In this document: positions 56,310 to 64,000 of the stretch, one piece after another | Layout: each line of letters begins with the position of its first letter | Numbering within the stretch: position 1 is the stretch's first letter | DNA from: Candidatus Buchananbacteria bacterium RIFCSPHIGHO2_01_FULL_44_11 | Lineage (GTDB): Bacteria > Patescibacteriota > Patescibacteriia > Buchananbacterales > UBA6539 | Reading direction: 5' to 3' | Assembly: GCA_001817345.1 (NCBI GenBank) | Contig: MHIE01000019.1 | Location: forward strand, 10,380-74,379 | Length of the DNA stretch: 64,000 nucleotides | The notes under the pieces: generated by a model | The model's database searches: none | Told to the model about the DNA's origin: nothing | What the model saw: the letters and a program-made list of their open reading frames with translations, nothing else | Position numbers and translations under genes: made by a program

Positions 56310-57508
56310 ATATTCAAATAGTCTTTAACGATATTGGCGGCAATGTAATCAATACCGTTCAAAGTGCCGTAGATGTTAAAAATATTTTTATTAATAATCT
56401 CGACATTCTTTTTATATTGATCAACAAATTCAAGGAGTTCTGATAATTTCTGGCCCTGATAAATTTTACCTAAACCAAGCCTTTCTATGGAAATATTATT
56501 GAAATAAATCTCCGGATCATCGTTCTGATCGTAAGGCGGCGTAATAAAAGGCGTTTGAGTAAACTGCGACAGCCAAACCGAGCCCCAGCCGCTGCGGGCA
56601 AAATGAAGAATAATATTTTTGTGGCCAAGAGCCGCCGGTGAGGCTTTAACACTACCGGCAATAATTTCCGGTCTATTGGTATATATCTGCAAGCCTAAAT
56701 TGGAAACTTCTTTAAAAAGATGGGCCAATTTTTCAATGCCGGTCACGGTGACGTAAACCCCGCGGCTGGCCACCGCTTCATCTTTATTTGGTATGCCAAT
56801 TGACGGTGGGGTCATTACTTCGGTTTGATATTTACTCACTGGCCGGTTGCGTAAATAAGGGAGGGTTTTGGGATTAAAAATCGCCTGGGGATTATGAAGA
56901 TAAGAAAAAGTGGCCGGATCGGAGATAAAATGTATTTTTTGTTTTTTTTCAATCGCCAAAAAAAGAGGAACGGCTTTTTTAACAATTGCCTGATCCAGCT
57001 TGATTGCCGGTTCAGCCAAAGAACGCTCAAGGATGTCGGAAGCATGGCCAAAGCTAGTGTAGTAAGAAGGATTAATCCCCAAATTGACTTTGGGATTGCG
57101 ATTGATTTCAAAAGCAATTTCATTGATGTTGACTTTTACCGTTTGACCAGAAAAAGTTTTAGCCAAAAGTCCGGCGGACAAATAATTCTGAATTGACTGT
57201 TCGACTTTTTTACCGTAAGCAATCAAATTTTCCAGGTAGCTCTGGTAACTATCATGGCTATAGAATAGTGGCTTAAAAAAATCGCCCAATTCTTCAGCTA
57301 AAACTAGCTCGGCCGGCCAGCGGTTGATAATATCGCCAAACATTTCCAACATAATATTTTTCTGCCGTTCACCGTAGACCAAAGGAACGATAATACCCAA
57401 ACGCTGACCCAGCTTTTCCGCCAATAAATTATTAACCGCCACGGCCAGCTCAGTGGTGCGCAGAAATGGCCCAAAACCGGAACTAAAATTAAGAATAATA
57501 TACTTCAT
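56306..57508 (-). CDS. Hypothetical protein (possible GT-B-like)
   Basis: 400-aa ORF coupled to neighbours; GFGPFLR, ARSGWGS, E..FN. Confidence 0.6.
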   Translation of the reverse strand: MKYIILNFSSGFGPFLRTTELAVAVNNLLAEKLGQRLGIIVPLVYGERQKNIMLEMFGDIINRWPAELVLAEELGDFFKPLFYSHDSYQSYLENLIAYGKKVEQSIQNYLSAGLLAKTFSGQTVKVNINEIAFEINRNPKVNLGINPSYYTSFGHASDILERSLAEPAIKLDQAIVKKAVPLFLAIEKKQKIHFISDPATFSYLHNPQAIFNPKTLPYLRNRPVSKYQTEVMTPPSIGIPNKDEAVASRGVYVTVTGIEKLAHLFKEVSNLGLQIYTNRPEIIAGSVKASPAALGHKNIILHFARSGWGSVWLSQFTQTPFITPPYDQNDDPEIYFNNISIERLGLGKIYQGQKLSELLEFVDQYKKNVEIINKNIFNIYGTLNGIDYIAANIVKDYLNI

Positions 57509-57510
57509 TT

Positions 57511-58272
57511 TTACTTACTGGTTAAGATGTAAAGCCCCATCGCCCCGCTAAATTTGTTGGTATGGTCATATTGGCTGACTTTTTTCAGCCAATCGATAAA
57601 GGCGTCAACATTACCGGGCAGCTTGGCGTCTCTTAAAGCGTTACGGAGCCGTTTATCTAGATCAACAATCATCTTTTGATTGTTGCCCAAATCAAAATTA
57701 AAGGTTTCCCACTTTAATTCCATGTCCAACTCTTGAACCCAGGCCTCAACGTCAAAAGGACAAATAAAATGCAGATCGGTCAATGACATTGGCACATTGA
57801 ACAATTTTACCAACGTCATCCAGATATATCCTCTGACATTAAGAAAAGAAGGACAAGTGAAACAAATCTGGCCGCCTGGCTTTAATTTATTTTTAAAATT
57901 CTTTAAATCCGTTAAAGGGTTATCTTGATGCTCAATTGTACCCAAAGAAATAATCACGTCAAAAGTGTCGTCTATTTGAGAATATTCGGCTAGCCTAAAT
58001 TCTAAATTTGGATGTTTAACTGCTTGAGTAATATTGATGGCTTCAGCTGAGTAATCAATGGCCAAAACCTGGCCACCCTCCTGAGCCATTAATAAATCGG
58101 TTTCACCGGTGCCACAACCAATGTCTAAAACTTTTTTACCCTTAAAATCTATAATTTTGATCAAGTGCTCACCAACATAATCAGAATTAAAAGTAAAAAA
58201 TTTCTCCTTACCTTCTTTATAAACCTTATCGTAAAGATTTTTTAAATCTTTGTTGGTTTTTGAGGTTGCCAT
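57511..58272 (-). CDS. Class I SAM-dependent methyltransferase
   Basis: VLDIGCGTG, GTIEH, LKPGG. Confidence 0.9.
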   Translation of the reverse strand: MATSKTNKDLKNLYDKVYKEGKEKFFTFNSDYVGEHLIKIIDFKGKKVLDIGCGTGETDLLMAQEGGQVLAIDYSAEAINITQAVKHPNLEFRLAEYSQIDDTFDVIISLGTIEHQDNPLTDLKNFKNKLKPGGQICFTCPSFLNVRGYIWMTLVKLFNVPMSLTDLHFICPFDVEAWVQELDMELKWETFNFDLGNNQKMIVDLDKRLRNALRDAKLPGNVDAFIDWLKKVSQYDHTNKFSGAMGLYILTSK

Positions 58273-58283
58273 ATATTTGACCG

Positions 58284-59603
58284 TTATTTATTATTTTTTA
58301 TGGTGTTGATGATTGCTTGTTCCGTTCTCAGGCTGGCTCGGCCGTCAGGCAGATAGATTAAATCCGTGAGAAATTTGTTTTTACTCTCTTGATTATAATC
58401 CAAATACCGATCTGTTTGCAAAATCCATTCCGACAACTCTTTTTCCGTCTTGGCATATTTGACCAGTTCCGGATATTTAGTAAAGTAATCCAAAGCATCA
58501 TTAGGAATGATATCGCCAAAATAAGGTGAAATAATGAAACGATTGGCGATAATACCCTCCAGTAAAGTGGTAGACTTAAAGCCTAAAACTACCCGCGAGT
58601 CTTTTATTAGTTTTGAGGCATCACCAAGATTAGTAATAACCAAATTATTAATCTTTTTCCGGAAATTCTTATTGAAAATATCGGTGACGTAATCAAGGTA
58701 TTGTTGAGCGTATTTAGTTTTAATCACGACTTTAATTTTTGGATTGTTAGCGGCAAATCTCATTAGCCAGAGATGGAAATTATATGCAATATCTTTAATT
58801 GTCGCCAACTTTTTACCTCCAGCTTCTCCCGAAAAGTTAAAAAATTTGTCCGAGGGATAAAAAGAAAATAAAACTACTTGGTTAGAAGGTTGATCGGTAC
58901 CGGCACTATTAAAATAATTATCCATCCTCGGAATACCGACAACAACGGCTTGATCTTGATTTAAGCCTGGGATACCCAGATTAACAAGCGCTTGGAAAAT
59001 TTGTTGATTGTAAAAAAGCATTTTTGAACCAATGAATTTAAACGTCTTGTAAATTTTGACATATTCATTGGCCGTTGCCTGATCGACGCCGGCAAAAGTT
59101 AAGCCTTCTTTATGCAAGACAAAAAAGGGAATGTTTTTCTCTAAAAAAATTCGGGCCAGCTCTTGCTGTTCAATATAACCAAAATTGCCGGCTAAACCCG
59201 CCTCAAAATTAATAAACTTCTTAAGGGTTGGAAACATTTTATTCAAATAAGCATAATATCTTTGCTTGCCCGCCTGACCAATATTGGAAGTGTAATAGTT
59301 AGTTTCAGAAATAGTCTCGCGTTCAACCCTGGTTAGGAAATGATACAAAACAAGCCGAAGATGCTCTCTCTCGATAATGACATACTTAATTTGACCGCTC
59401 CAACGGGCCATGGCTTGAACATCGTCTATAAAAATACTTCGGCGCAAACATAAAACCGTCAACCGACCCAAAGAATTGATTTTTCTGGCGCTGACGGCTA
59501 AGACAAAAGCGGTCAGTGTTGGCGAATTGATCGCTAAGCTGAATTGAATCAAAAAAACTAAAGCCAATGACCGTAATTTATTTTTTAACTTTCTTAAAAA
59601 CAT
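58284..59603 (-). CDS. Hypothetical glycan-biosynthesis protein (GT-B-like)
   Basis: VGIPRMD, KSTTLLEG, DGRASLR. Confidence 0.6.
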   Translation of the reverse strand: MFLRKLKNKLRSLALVFLIQFSLAINSPTLTAFVLAVSARKINSLGRLTVLCLRRSIFIDDVQAMARWSGQIKYVIIEREHLRLVLYHFLTRVERETISETNYYTSNIGQAGKQRYYAYLNKMFPTLKKFINFEAGLAGNFGYIEQQELARIFLEKNIPFFVLHKEGLTFAGVDQATANEYVKIYKTFKFIGSKMLFYNQQIFQALVNLGIPGLNQDQAVVVGIPRMDNYFNSAGTDQPSNQVVLFSFYPSDKFFNFSGEAGGKKLATIKDIAYNFHLWLMRFAANNPKIKVVIKTKYAQQYLDYVTDIFNKNFRKKINNLVITNLGDASKLIKDSRVVLGFKSTTLLEGIIANRFIISPYFGDIIPNDALDYFTKYPELVKYAKTEKELSEWILQTDRYLDYNQESKNKFLTDLIYLPDGRASLRTEQAIINTIKNNK

Positions 59604-59605
59604 AA

Positions 59606-61132
59606 TTAACTTAAAACTTTATTAAATTCGTTTTGATAAGCCTGCCATAAAACTTCCATGTCTTCTTTTTCATTTCGCTCCCAGACTCCCCAATAATTGA
59701 AGATAAAGCCGGCGTCATAGGCCGCCGCCACATAATTTTCCAGCCTGCTTTCGTACTCGGCGGTATGTAAATCAACGGCCAAAACTTCCTTAATTTTAGC
59801 CGACAAAGTGGTAAAATCAGTATGCTTAAAGGTATTGGGTAAATTTAAAGTAATCCCCAAATTACCGAACTGAATTGCCGGTTTGTTATAAAATGCCGCT
59901 TCCGCAACAACGGTACTATTGGGGCTAATAATTAAATCGGCCCGCCTTAAAACCTGGTCCGAAGGTATTCGGTAATCAATCAATTTGACATTGGGTGTTC
60001 GGGCAATCTTTTCAAAGTAAGAAGGCGGCCGATAGCCTACCATCATCGGATGTTCTTTGACTACTAAAGTATAATCATCCGGCAAAGATAAAGCACTGAG
60101 CCTGGCGACATCAATTTGATTATTGAAATAAGGAGCCTGAACATCAGTTGTCTCTTCCGGTTGAAATTGTAAAGGCAGATAAGCGAATTTTTTAACCTGG
60201 TCAAATGGATAATAATTAAAATTGTTAGTGATCTTGCGGTAGCGCCGATGGGCGTAATGATCACGTAAAATAATGCGCGGCGGCCGATAATCAGTAGAAA
60301 TGCTAACATTACCCAAAAGCGTATCCGGCCGCTTCAGGTACCAACGCAAAATCTGGCGATAAGGAGAAAACTCCTGTCTGATTTTTTTAAGCAACGGCGT
60401 TTTTTTGTAAATTCTATCCATGTAATCCGGTCGCTTAAAAGATTCACGGAATTCACGAATGTATTGCCGAGCGACCTGCATATTCTTGCTTTCGGCTAGG
60501 CCGCGATTTAAAGCATTGAGTTGATCGTCAAAAGAACCGGAACTTTCTAGGTAGTCTTGGGTGAATATTTTAATATTTCTAATTTTACAATCGTAAGGCA
60601 CCAGCATTTTGACCCCCCGCTTTTTGGCCAAAATACTGCACATAATATGCGGACTTTCCACAAAGTTTGGCGCTAAAATCACGTCCGGTTTAAATTCATC
60701 AAAAAATATTTTGACGTATTTATAAACCGCTTTGATATAATCAATGATTTCTTCGTCAGAAACATTCTGGCGAAAACTGTAATAATATTTATCGCCATAA
60801 CAACGAAAGTGATTCCGAACCGAGCTGGCCATTGGCCAAACCGAAGGCACTCCGAGATCCTGACAAATTTGAGCTAAAGTGTAATGGGAATCACCAAGAT
60901 ATTTTTTAGGATCGGCCATTACTTCATCATAGTTGATCACTAGGTCATAATGGACATCCTTTTGGTTTAAGACAAATTTGTGAACGCTTCGCTTCATGGT
61001 AAAAGCGGCTAAGTGGCACCCCTGATCTTGCAATTTCTTAGCCAAAAAATGGCCAATACGAAAACCCCAGCCGCGCTGCTGAAAAATCAAAACTCTTTTG
61101 CCTTGAATTTTATTAACGTTATTCTCCGACAT
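59606..61132 (-). CDS. Capsule polysaccharide biosynthesis (KpsS/KpsC-like) protein
   Basis: YLPLQFQPE, VVKEHP, NSTVVAEA. Confidence 0.75.
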   Translation of the reverse strand: MSENNVNKIQGKRVLIFQQRGWGFRIGHFLAKKLQDQGCHLAAFTMKRSVHKFVLNQKDVHYDLVINYDEVMADPKKYLGDSHYTLAQICQDLGVPSVWPMASSVRNHFRCYGDKYYYSFRQNVSDEEIIDYIKAVYKYVKIFFDEFKPDVILAPNFVESPHIMCSILAKKRGVKMLVPYDCKIRNIKIFTQDYLESSGSFDDQLNALNRGLAESKNMQVARQYIREFRESFKRPDYMDRIYKKTPLLKKIRQEFSPYRQILRWYLKRPDTLLGNVSISTDYRPPRIILRDHYAHRRYRKITNNFNYYPFDQVKKFAYLPLQFQPEETTDVQAPYFNNQIDVARLSALSLPDDYTLVVKEHPMMVGYRPPSYFEKIARTPNVKLIDYRIPSDQVLRRADLIISPNSTVVAEAAFYNKPAIQFGNLGITLNLPNTFKHTDFTTLSAKIKEVLAVDLHTAEYESRLENYVAAAYDAGFIFNYWGVWERNEKEDMEVLWQAYQNEFNKVLS

Positions 61133-61589
61133 ACTTTAGATAAAAATTAAATTCATCTGACTGGTAAGTCTTAAAATTATTTTTTTCAAACAATTTGAGT
61201 GAGGCCGGGTTGGTTTTTTTAATCTCGGCTAAAACTATTGACTGGCTGGGAATATTTTTCAAAGACTGGCTTAAAAGCCAATGACCCAATCCCCGACCCT
61301 GGTATTGAGGGTCCAAGGCGATAGAGACGCGGTAATTTTTATTCGGCTGGTTAAAGTCAAAGCGGCAATAACCAATGACTATTCCCTCGGCATTTGCCAA
61401 AACAAAACAAAGGTTACCGGTGTTTCCGAAGTACTGCTGCTGAAACCAATTTTGATGATCGGAAAATTTAATCTCGTCTTGATTTTTTGAATGCTGTCGA
61501 ACCATGGGGCTGTTACGAATCTCCCAAATCCTTTGACTGTCAGAAATCTCAGCCGGTCGGACCAAAAAGTTAGCGAAATCTTCAGTCAT
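61119..61589 (-). CDS. GNAT N-acetyltransferase, PseH-like
   Basis: IRNSPMVR, HQNWF, QGRGLG, NPASLKLFEKNNF; next to pseI. Confidence 0.8.
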   Translation of the reverse strand: MTEDFANFLVRPAEISDSQRIWEIRNSPMVRQHSKNQDEIKFSDHQNWFQQQYFGNTGNLCFVLANAEGIVIGYCRFDFNQPNKNYRVSIALDPQYQGRGLGHWLLSQSLKNIPSQSIVLAEIKKTNPASLKLFEKNNFKTYQSDEFNFYLKYVGE

Positions 61590-61593
61590 AATC

Positions 61594-61750
61594 TATTATG
61601 TTTTCCCCGAATATCCGCCCAGGGCGGAATGAGGGGAGTCTGAAAAATAATACTGTCGGCGGAGCCGACACTGCTCATAAAGAACCCGCCCAGATACCCA
61701 GCCGTTTCTGTGTATCCATAACATACAGAAACGGCTGGGTCGGGTTCATT
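61594..61750. repeat. Modular multi-hairpin repeat, copy B
   Basis: Colinear with 11296-11458; its end supplies the TGA of pseI. Confidence 0.85.
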
Positions 61751-62810
61751 TAGCGATTAAAGACCAGCTTAAAGGCGTGGCCCGGGAAATGTCAGCCGCC
61801 GCGGTTTGACCAATAACTTGATCGTAATATTTCGGCTCTAGACCATGCCCCGGCCTAATTGATCTAACGTTTTTAGGCGTGAATTTTTCACCTTTTTTAA
61901 CATCCTCAACCACAAAAAGAGATTTGCGAAAAATAATATTTTCCGCTTCCTTAAGCCCAGCGCCATATTGGACTTGACCCAAAGCCACCTCAGCGTCACG
62001 GATTGACAAAACCAGATCTTTAAACTCCGCCGGTTCTAAAGAATAAGCGGCATCAGGTCCACCCTCTGCTCGGGATAAAATAAAATGCTTTTCAACGATA
62101 GAAGCGCCTAAAGCGACAGCCGCGACCGCGGCGGTCTTGCCTAAACTGTGATCGGATAGACCAACCACTGTTTTAAATCTTTTGGCAATATCGGGAATCA
62201 TTAATAAATTCATGTCCGCCGGCTTGGCCGGATAGGCGCTGATGCAGTGTAAAATTGCGACTTGAGGACAACCGTTATCTTTAAGCGTTTTAATCGCCAG
62301 CTCAAGTTCCTCTAGAGAAGCCATGCCCCGAGAGATAATGACCGGCTTTTTAGTCTGACCAATGCGTTTTAGTAAAGGAATATCGACCACTTCAAACGAA
62401 CCAACTTTGTAAAGGTCGACTTTAAGCGTTTCCAAAAAATCCACGGCCGTAACGTCTAAGGGAAAAGAAAATAAAACCAGGCCTTTTGATTCGGCGTAGT
62501 CTTTCAATTTGCCGTGCCAGTCCCAGGGCGTATAAGCCTGTTGGTAGAGTTGATGCAAAGTTTGACCTTGCCACGCCTCATTAACCTTGATCTGAAAATA
62601 TTCTTTATCGCTGTCAATTGTGATAGTGTTTGGTGTATAGGTTTGTAATTTGACCGCGTCAACTCCGGCCTGGGCGGCGGCGTCAATAATTTTTACCGCC
62701 GTCTCGTAAGACTGATGGTGGTTGCACGACATCTCGGCAATAATAAAGACGGGTTGGCCCGGACCAATTTCTCTTTTTCCCTTTGGAGTATTGATTGAAA
62801 ATTCGGTCAT
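61746..62810 (-). CDS. pseI: Pseudaminic acid synthase-like NeuB with SAF domain
   Basis: IIAEMSCNH, VKLQTY, YTPWDWH, GLSDHS, EKHF, RKSL, RSIRPGHGL. Confidence 0.88.
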   Translation of the reverse strand: MTEFSINTPKGKREIGPGQPVFIIAEMSCNHHQSYETAVKIIDAAAQAGVDAVKLQTYTPNTITIDSDKEYFQIKVNEAWQGQTLHQLYQQAYTPWDWHGKLKDYAESKGLVLFSFPLDVTAVDFLETLKVDLYKVGSFEVVDIPLLKRIGQTKKPVIISRGMASLEELELAIKTLKDNGCPQVAILHCISAYPAKPADMNLLMIPDIAKRFKTVVGLSDHSLGKTAAVAAVALGASIVEKHFILSRAEGGPDAAYSLEPAEFKDLVLSIRDAEVALGQVQYGAGLKEAENIIFRKSLFVVEDVKKGEKFTPKNVRSIRPGHGLEPKYYDQVIGQTAAADISRATPLSWSLIAK

Positions 62811-62834
62811 AAATTTAGATTATTTTATTACAGA

Positions 62835-62960
62835 GGCCGAATACCCCGTGCTTCAGCGCGGGAATGAAGGCCGTTTTAAAAAATTACCGTCGGCGGAGCC
62901 GACTCCGCTGGTAAAGAACCCGCCCAGATACCGCGGGCTTCAGCCCGCGGTCGGGTTCAT
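62835..62960. repeat. Modular multi-hairpin repeat, copy C
   Basis: CCGAATA-hairpin-AATGA, GTCGGCGGAGCCGAC, TAAAGAACCCGCCCAGATACC-hairpin-GGTCGGGTTCAT. Confidence 0.8.
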
Positions 62961-63558
62961 ATTTTCCTTGTTTAATCGCTTTAACCCCCGCCTGCTCTTG
63001 CTTAATCCGTTGCTTCATCACTGGACTGCGATAAGCCTTGTTAATCATTGTTTGCCACTGAGCTGGATCATTATTCATCAAAATTTCTTCGGCCGACTGC
63101 AGACTGAGCCTGTTTTCTGCCAGCCATTGCCTCAGCTGGTTATCTTGATCGATAAACGCTTGGACTCGGGGCAAATGATAATCATTAGAAATCACAACGA
63201 TCTTGTCTAAACTATTATCAATGATAATCTTTTTTAGTTCTTGCAGTTCTTCAAAGGTATTGGCTGACTTATCCTCTTCAATAATTTTGTCAGCTGTCAC
63301 GCCCAAGTCAATCAGTTCTTGTTTTAAGACTGAAGCAACAGTTGGCGCCTCGGCAATATCTTTTAGCTGCCCCTTGCCACCCGAAGCAATCACCAAATAA
63401 TTCGGGAAGTCCTGAAATAAACAACTGGCCGCCACCACCCGCAACCGATCGCCCAAAGCGCCAAAGTCGTCTCCCGGTTCGTCAAAGTTAGTTGTCCGCC
63501 AGCGGCCGGAATCGTTTTTCAGTCCGCCGCCCAAAATGAAGATTGCTTCTTTAGCCAT
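62884..63558 (-). CDS. YdcF/DUF218 family protein (C-terminal tail derived from repeat)
   Basis: ILGGG, ASGGKG, EDKSANTFE, ISNDYHLPR. Confidence 0.85.
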   Translation of the reverse strand: MAKEAIFILGGGLKNDSGRWRTTNFDEPGDDFGALGDRLRVVAASCLFQDFPNYLVIASGGKGQLKDIAEAPTVASVLKQELIDLGVTADKIIEEDKSANTFEELQELKKIIIDNSLDKIVVISNDYHLPRVQAFIDQDNQLRQWLAENRLSLQSAEEILMNNDPAQWQTMINKAYRSPVMKQRIKQEQAGVKAIKQGKYEPDRGLKPAVSGRVLYQRSRLRRR

Positions 63559-63560
63559 AA

Positions 63561-64000
63561 CTATTTTTTAATTAGTCTAACCGGAATGCCGGCCTGAGCC
63601 ATTCTCTCTTTAATACTATTGGCGGTATGGCCGGAATAATGAAACATACTAGCTAACGAAACGGCATTAGCCTGACCTTTAATCACTGCATCGATAATAT
63701 CCTGAACTTTGCCGGCACCGCCGCAAGCGATAATCGGAATTGAGGAAACCTGAACTGCCTGATTAATCAGATCAATGTCGTAACCTGACATCATACCATC
63801 TCGATCTATTGAATTTAAAAATATTTCTCCGGCCCCCAGCGTCTCAACTTCTTTAATCCAATCGACTACTTTTTTACCAGTATTCTGGCGGCCGCGATCA
63901 CGGAAAACGAAATATTGGCCATCAATCAGTTTGGCATCAATAGCAATAACTAAAACCTGGCTACCGTATTTTTTGACGATCTGGCCGATGATGCTCGGAT
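63561..64000 (-). CDS. HisF-like cyclase (5' end outside window), probably glycan amidino-modification type
   Basis: Frame open to the window edge: YGSQVLVIAID...GAGEIFLNSIDRDGMMSGYD...PIIACGGAG; lies inside the nonulosonic-acid cluster. Confidence 0.85.
   Translation of the reverse strand, partial: PSIIGQIVKKYGSQVLVIAIDAKLIDGQYFVFRDRGRQNTGKKVVDWIKEVETLGAGEIFLNSIDRDGMMSGYDIDLINQAVQVSSIPIIACGGAGKVQDIIDAVIKGQANAVSLASMFHYSGHTANSIKERMAQAGIPVRLIKK

Noticed and set aside
426-63400. Many 60-160 aa ORFs overlapping annotated genes (e.g. 8590-8973, 17716-18132, 31506-31781, 62722-63210)
   Set aside because: Antisense or alternate-frame shadows with no recognisable motifs.
1-64000. CRISPR array, tRNA or rRNA genes
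   Set aside because: No regularly spaced direct repeats with unique spacers, no cas genes, and no cloverleaf or rRNA motifs seen by eye. A tRNAscan/Infernal run would be needed to exclude them fully.

Overview
Bacterial chromosome segment in standard code 11. Gene content and repeat style suggest Patescibacteria/CPR (Parcubacteria-like); this is an inference. It holds the end of a pilMNO operon, housekeeping genes (iscS-like, rpmA, pyrG, rplI, ctpA, murA, dus, ldh) and a long, interrupted surface-glycan region: dTDP-rhamnose rml genes, GT2/GT4/GT-C glycosyltransferases, an initiating sugar transferase, and a nonulosonic-acid cluster with NeuA, two NeuB-family synthases, a PseH-like GNAT and a HisF-like gene. 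Main highlights: (1) A complete diversity-generating retroelement (29690-32502). Its TR and VR align over 133 bp with 23 mismatches, all at TR adenines. avd lies antisense to TR/RT, and its nearest ATG is out of frame across a C7 tract. (2) A minimal GIY-YIG nuclease gene exactly bracketed by two inverted TGTCATTGCGA...GAAGCAATC palindromic repeats, with gene-less copies of the same repeat pair elsewhere: a candidate REPIN-like system using a GIY-YIG nuclease. (3) A family of tiny CCC-ended MITEs with 4-bp target duplications that insert at start or stop codons and regenerate them, including nested copies. (4) A three-copy ~155-bp modular hairpin scaffold with swapped and inverted cassettes. 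(5) A promoter-driven, G-U-rich candidate small RNA at about 8421-8571.
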